Part shown: positions 48,193 to 57,398 of the stretch, in pieces
Layout of the letters: the number at the start of each line of letters is the position of its first letter
Position numbering within the stretch: the first letter of the stretch is position 1
IMG/VR virus record: IMGVR_UViG_3300042453_002958
Span: 1-64,000 of that record
Reading direction: 5' to 3' (one strand)
Length of the DNA stretch: 64,000 nucleotides
Origin: a virus
Notes under the pieces: model-generated
The model's database searches: none
What the model saw: the letters and a program-made list of their open reading frames with translations, nothing else
What the model was told of the DNA's origin: nothing
Program-made: the position numbers and the translations under genes

Positions 48193-49250
48193 CCGACCGG
48201 GTGGTCGAGCGTGCCGAGCAAGCCGACCGGCTCGCGGCCGACGCCGAGATCGCCCGGCTGCGTTCGGAGGTGGCGTCGTACCGCAAGCGGTACAGCGACG
48301 CCCTCGCGGCCATCGACCGCGAGCGTGACCGGGCCGACGCGGCCCTCTCGCTCCGGGGGCTGGAGCCGGTGCGGAGCAAGCCGCCCGGCAAGCGGACCGC
48401 CAAGCGGCACGCGGCCACCATGGTTTTCATGCTCTCGGACATTCACTGCGAGGAGCGGGTGGACCCGGCGACCGTCAACGGCGAGAACGACTACTCGCTC
48501 GACGTGTGCCAGCGGCGGCTCGACGAGTTGCAGCGGCGGCTGTTCACGATGCTCGACCACGAGCGGGGGCTGGCCGACATCCGGCGGATGGTGGTTTGGC
48601 TGGGCGGCGACTTCATCACGGGGCACATTCACCCGGACTGCGTGGAGGTCACGCAGCTGACCCCGCCCAACGCGACCCGGTGGATCGGCGAGCGGCTCCG
48701 CGGGATGCTCGACGCGATCGCCGAGCGGGTCGAATCGGTGATCGTCTGCACCAACGCGGGCAACCATGGGCGGAGCACCGAGAAGCTCCGGATCGCCACC
48801 GAGCTGGACCACTCGTGGGAGCAGCTCATGTACCACACGCTCGCCCGGGAGGAGCGAAACGCCAACGTCGAGTGGCGGATCGCGACCGGGCACCTCGGCT
48901 ACGTGGACCTGGACGGGTTCATTCTCCGCACGACCCACGGCCACTCGATCCGCTACGCCGGCGGCGTCTACGGGTTGGCCCTGCCGGCCAGCAAGGCGAT
49001 CGCGGCGTGGGACGTGAGCCGCCGGGCGGACCTGACGATCTTCGGGCACTATCACAACTGGGGTTGGCTCCGCGGTGCCCGCTACGTCTCGAACGGCAGC
49101 GTGATCGGCTACTCCCCGTACGCCGTGTACATCAAAGCGAGCAGTGCCGAGCGGCCCTGCCAGGGGCTCGTGGTGATCGACCACGGGCGGCACGAAGTGA
49201 CGAAAGCATACCCATTGTTTTGCGACGCGGACCTACGGGAGACCGCGTGA
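48171..49250 (+). CDS. Calcineurin-like metallophosphoesterase with N-terminal coiled coil
   Basis: SDIH, GGDFI, GNHGR, HGH, GHYH, SNGS. Confidence 0.88.
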   Translation: MADAKRLTDRVVERAEQADRLAADAEIARLRSEVASYRKRYSDALAAIDRERDRADAALSLRGLEPVRSKPPGKRTAKRHAATMVFMLSDIHCEERVDPATVNGENDYSLDVCQRRLDELQRRLFTMLDHERGLADIRRMVVWLGGDFITGHIHPDCVEVTQLTPPNATRWIGERLRGMLDAIAERVESVIVCTNAGNHGRSTEKLRIATELDHSWEQLMYHTLAREERNANVEWRIATGHLGYVDLDGFILRTTHGHSIRYAGGVYGLALPASKAIAAWDVSRRADLTIFGHYHNWGWLRGARYVSNGSVIGYSPYAVYIKASSAERPCQGLVVIDHGRHEVTKAYPLFCDADLRETA

Positions 49251-49981
49251 CGCTTCTCTCCGACGACTACATCGCCAAGGCCACGGCCGACGCTCGCCGC
49301 TACCAGGGCCAGTGGTGCGGCACGGCGGGCAACCTTGCCGCACACACGATGCGGCTCATCCGCGAGCGCGAAAGGATTCTCTCGATGCTGGAGCTACGCG
49401 ACGGGGTTCGGATCATCGGCATCGCCGGCCACATCGGGGCGGGCAAGAGTCTGGTGGCGTCCATGATCCCGGAGTCCACTCACATTCAATGGGCCGACCC
49501 GATCTACCGCGGGCTGTCGGCGATGTTCGACGTGCCCGAGGAGGTTTTGCGGGGCCGGGTCCAGAAAGAGGGGGCGATGCCGGGGGCCGAGACCACGGTG
49601 CGGCACTGTCTCCGCACGCTCGGCACCGAGTGGGGCCGCGACCTGATCCACCCGGACCTGTGGGTTCGGCTGACCATGCAGCGGATCGACATGCTCGCGG
49701 ACCAGACCGGGGCCAACGTCTTCGCCATCTGCGGCACGCGGTTCCCCAACGAAGTCGCCGCGATCCGCGAGCGTGGCGGGGAGGTTTGGTGGGTGAGCCG
49801 GCCCGGCGATGAGCCGGCCGACTGCCCGCACGTCAGCGATCGGATGATCGGCCGCGACGACTGCGACGTGGAGATCCAGAACGGCGGCACCATCGACCAG
49901 CTCCGGGCGTCGGTTCAAGCGGCATGGGCGGATTTTCTGCGCGCCCGCGGCGTACCTGAACACCCGTACAATGGTGAATAG
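49247..49981 (+). CDS. Deoxynucleoside monophosphate kinase with N-terminal extension
   Basis: GHIGAGKS, LRTLGTEWGR, RFPNE; close to 14839-15399. Confidence 0.88.
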   Translation: MTLLSDDYIAKATADARRYQGQWCGTAGNLAAHTMRLIRERERILSMLELRDGVRIIGIAGHIGAGKSLVASMIPESTHIQWADPIYRGLSAMFDVPEEVLRGRVQKEGAMPGAETTVRHCLRTLGTEWGRDLIHPDLWVRLTMQRIDMLADQTGANVFAICGTRFPNEVAAIRERGGEVWWVSRPGDEPADCPHVSDRMIGRDDCDVEIQNGGTIDQLRASVQAAWADFLRARGVPEHPYNGE

Positions 49982-49986
49982 AGACC

Positions 49987-50217
49987 ATGGACTCCCTGTT
50001 TCGCCAGACCGCCCGCGGCCGTGAGCCGCTCGCATCGTCGAGCGAAGCGGGGCACCACGTTCACTACCAGCCGTCGCGGCGGGTTGGGATTGGCTCGATC
50101 ACCAGCCGCCGGCCCGGGCAACCCAAGCCGCTCACGTTCTACGAAATGCTCGCCCTTCAGCTCGGCGTCACGCTCGCCGAGGCCAAACGACTCCACGCTC
50201 TAGGAGAGACTCGCTGA
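49987..50217 (+). CDS. Hypothetical protein
   Basis: Fills gap; coupled to next gene. Confidence 0.45.
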   Translation: MDSLFRQTARGREPLASSSEAGHHVHYQPSRRVGIGSITSRRPGQPKPLTFYEMLALQLGVTLAEAKRLHALGETR

Positions 50218-50711
50218 TGGCCAACTCACTCTCGGTCGCCGGCAACACCCGGATCTCGTGGTCGCTGTCGGACGCGGACGCCCAGCCGCAGGTGTCGATG
50301 TCGGCCCAGCGGTCGTCGGCCCGGGCGATCACCAACGGCACCGGCCCCAACCAGGCCACCGTGGCGTTCACCACCGCGCTCACGATCACGGGCGTGGGTT
50401 CGTCCACCATCAACGTCAACGCGGCCCCGGTGACGTCGTTCGGGTTCGCGGGCAAAGCCGTGTTCACGAACATCCGCGAGATGCTGGTCTCGGTGCCCAC
50501 CGGCCCGACGGGCGGCTGGGTGCTGTTCAGCGCCCCCACCGGCACGACCGGGGCGACGGGCGTGGCGGTCCGCGTCGGCGGGCAGCTGCACCTGGTGGAC
50601 TACCTCACCGGGATCTCGACGGCCACCGGGGCGTGGACGTTCCAGAACGGCCCGACCGGCACGTACGGCGTGGACTTCACGGCGATCGGTCTCGGCTCTT
50701 ACGCGGACTGA
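50217..50711 (+). CDS. Thr/Gly-rich beta-strand protein, possibly structural
   Basis: AGGAG RBS; composition. Confidence 0.5.
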   Translation: MANSLSVAGNTRISWSLSDADAQPQVSMSAQRSSARAITNGTGPNQATVAFTTALTITGVGSSTINVNAAPVTSFGFAGKAVFTNIREMLVSVPTGPTGGWVLFSAPTGTTGATGVAVRVGGQLHLVDYLTGISTATGAWTFQNGPTGTYGVDFTAIGLGSYAD

Positions 50712-50713
50712 CC

Positions 50714-51049
50714 ATGACCGCTGATTTCAGCCGCGTCGAGCTCTACCTGTCGGACGCCCGCAAAGCCGCGGCGGACGGGCTGACGTGGGCAGAGTTCGGC
50801 GAGCTGCTGGTGGCGTTCTTGAAGATCGCCATGGCCATGTACGACGAGGTCGCGAGCATGACCGGCGAGCAGAAGAAAGCCGCCGTGCTCGCCGGGGTTG
50901 GCCGGCTATTCGACGTGGCGGCCGACAACTGCATCCCGCTCATGCTCTGGCCGGTGTGGGGGCTCGCCCGCGGCCCGGTCCGGCTCCTGGTGCTGGCCCT
51001 CGCCAGCGGTGCCATTGAACAACTTCTCCCGCTCGTGAGGGTCCGATGA
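50714..51049 (+). CDS. Hypothetical amphipathic/holin-like protein
   Basis: ADGLTWAEF, GEQKKAAV motifs. Confidence 0.5.
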   Translation: MTADFSRVELYLSDARKAAADGLTWAEFGELLVAFLKIAMAMYDEVASMTGEQKKAAVLAGVGRLFDVAADNCIPLMLWPVWGLARGPVRLLVLALASGAIEQLLPLVRVR

Positions 51050-51600
51050 TCGCTCTCGCTCTGATCGCCGCCGCGGCCGTGGCGTTTGGCTGGCCGCAGC
51101 TCGCTCCGCTCGTCGAGAAGGCCAAGGCCGTGGCCCCCACGCTCACGCCCCGCCACTACGCCGGCATCGCCCTGGTGGCTGCGGCGATCGCGTATGGGTT
51201 TGCCCCCGGCCCCGGCCCGGCCCCCGGCCCGTCGCCGGCACCCGATCCCGGCCCGCTGTCGCTGCGGGGGTTGTTCGCCGGCCCCACGGCGTCCGAGGAC
51301 GCCGTCTTGGTGGGGGCCATGTGCGACGAGATCGCGGACGAGATCCAGTTTGCCGCTGGCCAGCCGGAGGGCTATCTGGCCACCGGGGTGGCTGTCGATG
51401 AGCTGCGGCGGCGGGTCCGCGAGTTTCGCTGCCGGGGTATTTCGATCGGGGACCGGCAGCCGGCAGCCCGGGACGCGATCGCCAAGTTTCTCGAAGGGGC
51501 GGTCGGCACGGACGGCGGCCCGCTGAGTGCCGAGCAGCGATCGGCGTGGGTGGCGGCGTACCGCGACGTGGGGAGGGCGGCGACCGATGCGGCGAAGTAG
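51046..51600 (+). CDS. Membrane-anchored protein with (PG/PA)n linker
   Basis: Two hydrophobic segments then PGPGPAPGPSPAP. Confidence 0.6.
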   Translation: MIALALIAAAAVAFGWPQLAPLVEKAKAVAPTLTPRHYAGIALVAAAIAYGFAPGPGPAPGPSPAPDPGPLSLRGLFAGPTASEDAVLVGAMCDEIADEIQFAAGQPEGYLATGVAVDELRRRVREFRCRGISIGDRQPAARDAIAKFLEGAVGTDGGPLSAEQRSAWVAAYRDVGRAATDAAK

Positions 51601-52732
51601 CGAATGGACCTGGTCGGCGATCGCGTTCGTCGTGTTCGCGGCGGTGCTGGGCACGCTCGTGTCCCGCTACGTGTCGCGGATCGCCGACAGGGTCGAGACG
51701 AACTACGGTTACCTGCCGGACCCGGAGGGGACGCGGGAGTTTCTCCGCGAGCTCGACCAGCCGATGTTTCGCCAGGCCGGGGCCGAGGTGATCGCCGGGG
51801 CCAAGGGCCACGACGCATACCTCTATCGGTTCGCTGACCGCTGCCACCGGCAGAAGTACGGCAAGCCATTCGGGCCGTGGAACCAGGGGCCGCACGGGTC
51901 GTGCGTGTCGTTTGGCTGGGCGATGGGCTCCTACGTTGGCCAGTGCGTTGACCACGTCGCGGGCGGGCTGGCGGAGTGCCCGCTGCTGGTGGCGACCGAG
52001 CCGATCTACGGCGGCTCGCGGACCGCGGGGCGGATGCCGCCGGTGGTCACGGCCGGGTATTCGGACGGCTCCTACGGCGGGGCCGCGGCCCGCTGGGTGT
52101 CGGGCCGGTGCCGCGACACCACCGTGGGCGGGATCCTGTACCGGCAGAAGTACGGCGACGTCGATCTCTCGGCGTACTCGATCGACCGCTCCCGGGCGTG
52201 GGGCAACTCGGGCGTGCCGAAGCCGCTCGCGGTGCTGGCCAACCAGCACACCGCCACGGCCGTCGCCCTGTGCGAAGACTGGGACTCCCTGGTCTCGGCT
52301 CTTGAGTCGGGCATGTGCGTCCCGGTGTGCTCGAACGTCGGGTTCGCGTCCGGCGACCGCGACGCCGATGGGTTCTGCCGACGGGCGTCCACCTGGAACC
52401 ATTGCCTCGTGGCGATCTCTGTGAAGTACGCCAAGAACAACGGCCCGGGCTCCGCCACCCCGATGAAGAATCCCCGCGACGGCGTCCTGCTGATGAACAG
52501 CTGGGGCTCCTACGTGGGCGGGGGCAAGCACCCGCTCGATCAGCCGGACGGCTCGTTCTGGATCACGCGGGCCGACGCCGAAGCGATTCTTGCCCAGGGC
52601 GATTCGTTCGTAATCGGCTCGGTCAACGGCTTCAAGTACCGCGACCTCGACCACGCCGGCTGGCTGCAGCCGGCCCCGGCCCCAACCGACGCCGCGAAGG
52701 TGCCGGCCATCAACCACTCGCTCGCTCTGTAG
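51587..52732 (+). CDS. Membrane-anchored papain-like (C1) cysteine peptidase
   Basis: N-terminal TM; NQGPHGSCV, WNHC, MNSWG, GSFWI. Confidence 0.88.
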   Translation: MRRSSEWTWSAIAFVVFAAVLGTLVSRYVSRIADRVETNYGYLPDPEGTREFLRELDQPMFRQAGAEVIAGAKGHDAYLYRFADRCHRQKYGKPFGPWNQGPHGSCVSFGWAMGSYVGQCVDHVAGGLAECPLLVATEPIYGGSRTAGRMPPVVTAGYSDGSYGGAAARWVSGRCRDTTVGGILYRQKYGDVDLSAYSIDRSRAWGNSGVPKPLAVLANQHTATAVALCEDWDSLVSALESGMCVPVCSNVGFASGDRDADGFCRRASTWNHCLVAISVKYAKNNGPGSATPMKNPRDGVLLMNSWGSYVGGGKHPLDQPDGSFWITRADAEAILAQGDSFVIGSVNGFKYRDLDHAGWLQPAPAPTDAAKVPAINHSLAL

Positions 52733-52740
52733 GTGACCCC

Positions 52741-53001
52741 ATGACCAAGCGTGCCATCGTTCTCTCGTGTCTCGCGTGTCTCGTGGCCGGTTATTTGGCC
52801 GCTTCGGTCCCGGGCTTCGACCCGGTGAACCCGTTCAACCCCCGGCCCCAGCGGCCGTTTCTCCAGCTCATTTCGCGGCTGGCGAAGCTCGGGTTGTGGG
52901 TCACGGTTTTCGCCGAGCCAGCCCCGCGGCCGGTCGAGCAGCAATACGCCGCCGCACACTGTGACGACAGGACCATGATCTGCCACGCGGAGGGATGGTG
53001 A
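52741..53001 (+). CDS. Small secreted/membrane protein
   Basis: Signal-like N-terminus. Confidence 0.5.
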   Translation: MTKRAIVLSCLACLVAGYLAASVPGFDPVNPFNPRPQRPFLQLISRLAKLGLWVTVFAEPAPRPVEQQYAAAHCDDRTMICHAEGW

Positions 53002-53252
53002 TGCTTCAACTTGTCGTTTGGGTCGTTTTCGGATGGATCGCGGGCTCCGTCGCGGAGTGGTTGTGGCCACCTGCGAAGCCGCACGCCAAGTGGCAGACGA
53101 TCGCCATTGGCGTGATCGGATCGGTGGCCGGTGGTTTGGCCGGTTCGCTCGTGAGCGGCGACCACTACCGGCCGGCCGGGATCGTGCTGTCGGTGCTGGG
53201 GGCGGTGGCGTGCATGTTCGTCTGGCGCAAACTCGATGAGGTGAAGCCGTGA
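52995..53252 (+). CDS. GlsB/YeaQ/YmgE (transglycosylase-associated) membrane protein
   Basis: W.VFG.IAG..A..L.P...TI..GVIGS..GG...S.LGA pattern. Confidence 0.8.
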   Translation: MVMLQLVVWVVFGWIAGSVAEWLWPPAKPHAKWQTIAIGVIGSVAGGLAGSLVSGDHYRPAGIVLSVLGAVACMFVWRKLDEVKP

Positions 53253-53581
53253 GCATGGTGTGGCGGTGGGTTATTTCGATGCTCGTGTGGCTGTCGGCCG
53301 ACCACGAGCGGATCGCCACCGAGCCGGCCCGGGCGGCTGCGGCCGTGGCGGTGGCCCGCGCGTCGATCATCGAGCAGATGGAGGCCCGGCCCCTGCCCCC
53401 GGCCCCGCCGGGGCCGACGGCGTGCAAGTGCTCGGCCACCTGCGTGCGTGGGTCGTGGCGGCCCGATGGCCGCATCGAGGCCCGGTGCGATTGCACCTGC
53501 CCGCGGTGCGTGGCGGAGCGGGCGAAGCCCGGCACGGTTCGATCGGGGACGTGCCAGAGCGGTACGTGCCCGCCCCGGTGA
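53249..53581 (+). CDS. Cys-rich small protein
   Basis: CKC..TC..G...PDG...CDCTCP; C-terminal CQSGTCP like the CPDGRC end of 2793-3632. Confidence 0.55.
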   Translation: MSMVWRWVISMLVWLSADHERIATEPARAAAAVAVARASIIEQMEARPLPPAPPGPTACKCSATCVRGSWRPDGRIEARCDCTCPRCVAERAKPGTVRSGTCQSGTCPPR

Positions 53582-53591
53582 GGGCGACCAG

Positions 53592-54005
53592 GTGAACGAC
53601 GCGATCGTCCAGCTGCAGGCACACGTACGCTACCGGCTGGGCACGCGGGTGACCTACGCCCATGCGTGGCGGGTCGATGCCCTGAGCCGGCTGGTGCTCC
53701 GGCATTGGCCGCACGCCCACCTGGAGGATGCCGTGGTGGCCGGTGGCCGCCACTCGATCGCGGTCACCCATGCCATGACCTTGATGCGGTCGCAGGTCCG
53801 CGAGCAGTGGGAGGCCCGGCACGGGTCGGGGCCGCTATGGGATCTCGTGCTGGGTGGCACGGTCACGGCCACCGGCATGATCCTGCTCGATCTCTGGTGG
53901 CCGAGCCCGGGGTGGCGGTCAATCCTGGTGGCGATGTCGCGGTCACTGGCTGACGATCGCCAGCACGGCGTCGATGGCGTCGTGGATCGCCCGGGCCAGT
54001 TGTGA
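53592..54005 (+). CDS. Membrane protein, homolog of 3629-3967
   Basis: VREQWEARHG...LLDLWW vs VRDRYEQQCG...VIRWW. Confidence 0.5.
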   Translation: MNDAIVQLQAHVRYRLGTRVTYAHAWRVDALSRLVLRHWPHAHLEDAVVAGGRHSIAVTHAMTLMRSQVREQWEARHGSGPLWDLVLGGTVTATGMILLDLWWPSPGWRSILVAMSRSLADDRQHGVDGVVDRPGQL

Positions 54006-54076
54006 GTCTGTGCCAAGCTCTTGGCCGATCCGCACGAGCACGAGCGAGCGGACGATGGCGGACCATGTGGTGCGGG

Positions 54077-54475
54077 TCATGGCTGCCCGCCATTCTTCCG
54101 CTCGTTGTCGATCAGCTCCTGCAGGCTGTCGAGGAAAGAATCATCGCACCCGTCGATGGCAGTCTTGGCCATCCTCAGCAACTGTTCTTCGAGGATTTCG
54201 TTGTTTGCAAGTTCAAAGACGAGGTCTTCAGTTAGATCTGGCAGTGTCCATTTTGCTTCACGCTTCAGGTCGTCAATGCAACGGGCGATGGCATCCACCA
54301 CGCTCCTTGTGTCGTCTCGGAGCTGCCCATTCCGCTTCTCGTCGTTGGCGAACCATTCGGGCGCAGGATTCACCTGACGGGCAACTGATCTTTTCGTTGA
54401 GAAACAGTCGCGGTGCGACTGCTCGTCGGAGTCGGCCGGGTTCCATTCAATGCGGATAGAGAAAAACGGCTTCAT
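54077..54475 (-). CDS. Acidic hypothetical protein
   Basis: AGGAGG RBS; visibly lower GC. Confidence 0.6.
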   Translation of the reverse strand: MKPFFSIRIEWNPADSDEQSHRDCFSTKRSVARQVNPAPEWFANDEKRNGQLRDDTRSVVDAIARCIDDLKREAKWTLPDLTEDLVFELANNEILEEQLLRMAKTAIDGCDDSFLDSLQELIDNERKNGGQP

Positions 54476-54963
54476 GAAAAAACCTCCTGTGCCAAGAGTT
54501 GAGCCGGAAACGATGCCACGTCAACGTCCGCCGGGCTGGTTGTCCATTCGTAGGTGACGCCGTCCGGGTGCCGGGACGGCGGCAGCACGGACTGGGCGGC
54601 CCGCCCACCGAGCCGTATTTCGATGCTGTCAAACTTCACGACCGCCGACTCCGGCATCCAGGGTTCCCAGCGAAAAAGCCGGTGCTCCCCGCGGGCCGAC
54701 CGCCAGGTCGGGGTGGGCAGGTCGAGCACGCCGAACGCGGCCAGCTGCTCCCGGCCGGCGGGGTCGTCGTATTCGACGTCCACGACCCCGGACCCGGGGC
54801 CGAGCAGGAGCCCCACGTTGTCGCCGGCGGCGAGCCACCGGGCCACGTCGTCCGGGCTGGTTGTGCCACGGTGCTGCCAGCCGGTGCCGAGCGGGCGTTT
54901 CGCCCGGCGGGCGACGCGGACGAAACGGCAACCGGCGGCGGCGAGGGCGGAGATGGGGGTCAT
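54472..54963 (-). CDS. Stand-alone bifunctional primase-polymerase (Prim-Pol) domain
   Basis: KRP...WQ, NVGLLLG, VVDVEYD, RGEHRLF, VLPPSRHPDG..YEW. Confidence 0.85.
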   Translation of the reverse strand: MTPISALAAAGCRFVRVARRAKRPLGTGWQHRGTTSPDDVARWLAAGDNVGLLLGPGSGVVDVEYDDPAGREQLAAFGVLDLPTPTWRSARGEHRLFRWEPWMPESAVVKFDSIEIRLGGRAAQSVLPPSRHPDGVTYEWTTSPADVDVASFPAQLLAQEVFS

Positions 54964-55193
54964 GCGGCACCCCCTTCGGCCCGAACGAAGTACGGGGCCA
55001 TGCCATCGGCCATGATCTCGTCGCACGTCTCCCAAGCGTCCTTGAGTGTGGCGAAGCGCTTCACGCGGTCGGACTCCGGGGCGATCGGGGTGATCCGGCC
55101 GCCACATTTCAGCAGGCAGCAGATTTGCGACGTGATGATCGCGAGCACGTAGTAACCGGCGGTCGAGGTCTCGGTGTAGATCGGGGCGGTCAT
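54960..55193 (-). CDS. Cassette orphan protein B-7
   Basis: ACAACCAGGAG-GACCATGACC leader after promoter B4. Confidence 0.65.
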   Translation of the reverse strand: MTAPIYTETSTAGYYVLAIITSQICCLLKCGGRITPIAPESDRVKRFATLKDAWETCDEIMADGMAPYFVRAEGGAA

Positions 55194-55242
55194 GGTCTCG
55201 GTCTCCTGGTTGTGGCCGCGGGTTTCGTCCCGCGTCGGTCTA

Positions 55243-55271
55243 GTTATATTCGATCGGCAAATAGGTGTCAA
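55243..55271 (-). promoter_or_regulatory. Cassette promoter B4
   Basis: TTGACA-cctatttgccgatcgaa-TATAAC; upstream AAAAACTTTTCT. Confidence 0.9.
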
Positions 55272-55301
55272 GTGGTGAGAAAAGTTTTTTTGGTTGTGGG
55301 G

Positions 55302-55535
55302 TCAGGCCCGGCCGTCGGCCTTGTGGATCCGGGGCCGCCCGCGGCCGACCGGGTCGCGAGTCCATTTCTCGCAAGCGGTGCGGAGGGCGAAGAAATAGCC
55401 GTCGATCTCGATACCGGCGATGCCCCCGGCCCCCGGCCCCTTCTTGACGAGCTCGCGGAGATAGTAGCGCGAGACTCCGGCGAGCCGGGCTCCGGTCTGA
55501 ATCGATACGTACGCTTTGGGGTCGATCTTTGCCAT
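55302..55535 (-). CDS. Small HTH regulator (homolog of 26670-26861)
   Basis: MAKIDPKAYVSIQTGARLAGVSRYYLRELV; C-terminal GRGRPR. Confidence 0.75.
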   Translation of the reverse strand: MAKIDPKAYVSIQTGARLAGVSRYYLRELVKKGPGAGGIAGIEIDGYFFALRTACEKWTRDPVGRGRPRIHKADGRA

Positions 55536-55541
55536 GGGTGC

Positions 55542-55569
55542 ATTATTGCCGGGCGGCTGCGGCGGTCAA
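55542..55569 (-). promoter_or_regulatory. Operator-less promoter for the HTH gene, predicted leaderless mRNA
   Basis: TTGACC-16-AATAAT with 6 nt between the -10 and the ATG; no RBS. Confidence 0.5.
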
Positions 55570-55609
55570 GCCGGGTTGTCTGCTGGTTGTGCATGGGTTG
55601 TCCGTGCGG

Positions 55610-55849
55610 TCAGTCCGCGAACATGGGGACGCAACGGGCGACCGGCTGCCGGGCCGGGCCGACCGGAGCACCGGCGGCGTCCAGGTCGAGCAGGAAGCGG
55701 TCCGCGGCCCGGCGGGCATCGGTGCCGGGCTGGGCGTGGCGGTCCGCCTCGCGGGCATCGGCGAGCGCGAGGGCGTCAACCGCCCGGCGGATGCTGTCGG
55801 GCATCGCGGAGTAACGGGAGGCGAGTCGGGCGAAGGTGGCAGCGGTCAT
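55610..55849 (-). CDS. Cassette orphan protein B-6
   Basis: ACAACCAGGAG leader. Confidence 0.6.
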   Translation of the reverse strand: MTAATFARLASRYSAMPDSIRRAVDALALADAREADRHAQPGTDARRAADRFLLDLDAAGAPVGPARQPVARCVPMFAD

Positions 55850-55891
55850 GGCGTCGGGCTCCTGGTTGTGGGTTGGTTGTGGTGGGGTCGG

Positions 55892-56170
55892 TCAGTTGGG
55901 CAGCCTGCAGTTGCGAGCGTGGCGGTCAATCGTCTCGCACCAGGTGCGGACGGCCGCCCGGGTGTCCGCCATCGTGGCCGGGCTCGTGCGGACGTCGAGC
56001 GTCCAGGTGTAGCCGTCGAAAGCGAAACAATCTGCGAGCCATCGGCGGCCGGAAAAGTCGCGGCGGATGTGCACGCGGCCGGTTAGCTGGCCGGCCGGGT
56101 TGTGCACGGCATATCCCGCCGTGGTCGCCGTGGCGGTCGTGCCGTGCGCGAACGTGATGAACGTGGCCAT
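55892..56170 (-). CDS. Cassette orphan protein B-5
   Basis: ACAACCAGGAG leader. Confidence 0.6.
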   Translation of the reverse strand: MATFITFAHGTTATATTAGYAVHNPAGQLTGRVHIRRDFSGRRWLADCFAFDGYTWTLDVRTSPATMADTRAAVRTWCETIDRHARNCRLPN

Positions 56171-56274
56171 GGTTGTGCTCCTGGTTGTGGCGGTTGGTTG
56201 TCGGGTGGCGATGTGCCAGCCGGCCCGGTTCCCGCCGTCCTCCGTGGGGCGGCGGTGGCCGGGGCGGCCGGGCG

Positions 56275-56883
56275 TCACGGGTAGCCGCGGACCTCGTCGA
56301 GCACGGCCCCGGCTGCGGCTGTCTGCCGGCGGATCCGGGCGATGATGCCCGCGGACGTCTTGAGCTGCGGCACCTTGACGAACGGGTGAACGGGCTGCCG
56401 GTCGGCGAGTCGCAGCCCGGCGGACGGGCGACGGTAGACGTGGTAAGGCTCCCAGCGCTGGCCGGTGTGGGCGGCCCGCCACGACTGCGCCGCGGCGTCG
56501 ATGGCGTACTCGATCGCGGACAGTTCCGCGACCGCGGCGGCGACCGCGTCTTGCCGGGCAGCTTCACGAGCGGCCCGGGCACGATCGGCGGCGGCGGCTT
56601 CCAGCCGATCGGCGTCGGCACGGATCGCGTCCACGGTGGCCGGTGTGATGCTGGCATAGGTGAACACGCACACGCTCCCGACGATCGCGGTGCGGCCGTC
56701 GTCGAGGTTGTGGAGCGTGAACAGGTAGCGCAGCCCGTGGTGGCCGCACGAGCAGCGGCCCACGGCCCGGGGTAGTTCGCAGCAGTCGCCCCGATACTCC
56801 CAGCGGGAGCCGTCGCCAAGGGCAGCGGCGAGCCGTTCGGCGTAGTGGCAGCGGTTACGGGCTTGGGTGGCGGTCGTGGTCAT
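56275..56883 (-). CDS. Cassette protein B-4 with putative Zn finger
   Basis: CSCGH...VGSVC; follows promoter B3. Confidence 0.65.
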   Translation of the reverse strand: MTTTATQARNRCHYAERLAAALGDGSRWEYRGDCCELPRAVGRCSCGHHGLRYLFTLHNLDDGRTAIVGSVCVFTYASITPATVDAIRADADRLEAAAADRARAAREAARQDAVAAAVAELSAIEYAIDAAAQSWRAAHTGQRWEPYHVYRRPSAGLRLADRQPVHPFVKVPQLKTSAGIIARIRRQTAAAGAVLDEVRGYP

Positions 56884-56930
56884 GGTCTCGGGTCTCCGGT
56901 GGTTGTGGCCGTCGTGGCCGTGGTGGTGGT

Positions 56931-56959
56931 GTTATATCCAATCGGCAAATAGGATGCAA
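56931..56959 (-). promoter_or_regulatory. Cassette promoter B3
   Basis: TTGCAT-cctatttgccgattgga-TATAAC; upstream AAAAACTTTTCT. Confidence 0.85.
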
Positions 56960-56977
56960 GGGGTCAAGAAAAGTTTT

Positions 56978-57292
56978 TCAGTCCAGGTGCTCCGCGAGCT
57001 CCCACGCGGCCCGGGCCGCGGCGGCGGCGATGTCGTCCACGCTCGGCCGCTGGCGCTTCCCGCCGCGGCGGCGGCGGTTCAACTCGTCGGCACAGTAGTT
57101 GATTTCGTCGGCGTAGTAGCCGTGGTTCGGCTGGTCCGGCCATGCTTCGAGCGTGGCGCGGCAATCGGCGATCACGTAGAGCAGTTCGGCGTCCGATCGG
57201 CTGCGGCACAGTTTGGGGTAGGCCGCGTGGTCGATGTGCTTGGTGGCGGCGGGGTGGTCCATCCAGCCGGTCGCGTTGGTTGTGGTGCTCAT
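56978..57292 (-). CDS. Cassette orphan protein B-3
   Basis: CAACGGAG-GACCATG leader; GYYADEINYCADELNRR. Confidence 0.65.
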   Translation of the reverse strand: MSTTTNATGWMDHPAATKHIDHAAYPKLCRSRSDAELLYVIADCRATLEAWPDQPNHGYYADEINYCADELNRRRRGGKRQRPSVDDIAAAAARAAWELAEHLD

Positions 57293-57398
57293 GGTCTCGT
57301 CTCTCCGTTGGGGTTGGTTGTGGGTTGTCGGGCGACGCGCCCGGCATCCCCCTGGCCGGCCGCGGCGGATGCCGGGGCCGGCGTGGGGGCGGCCGTGC

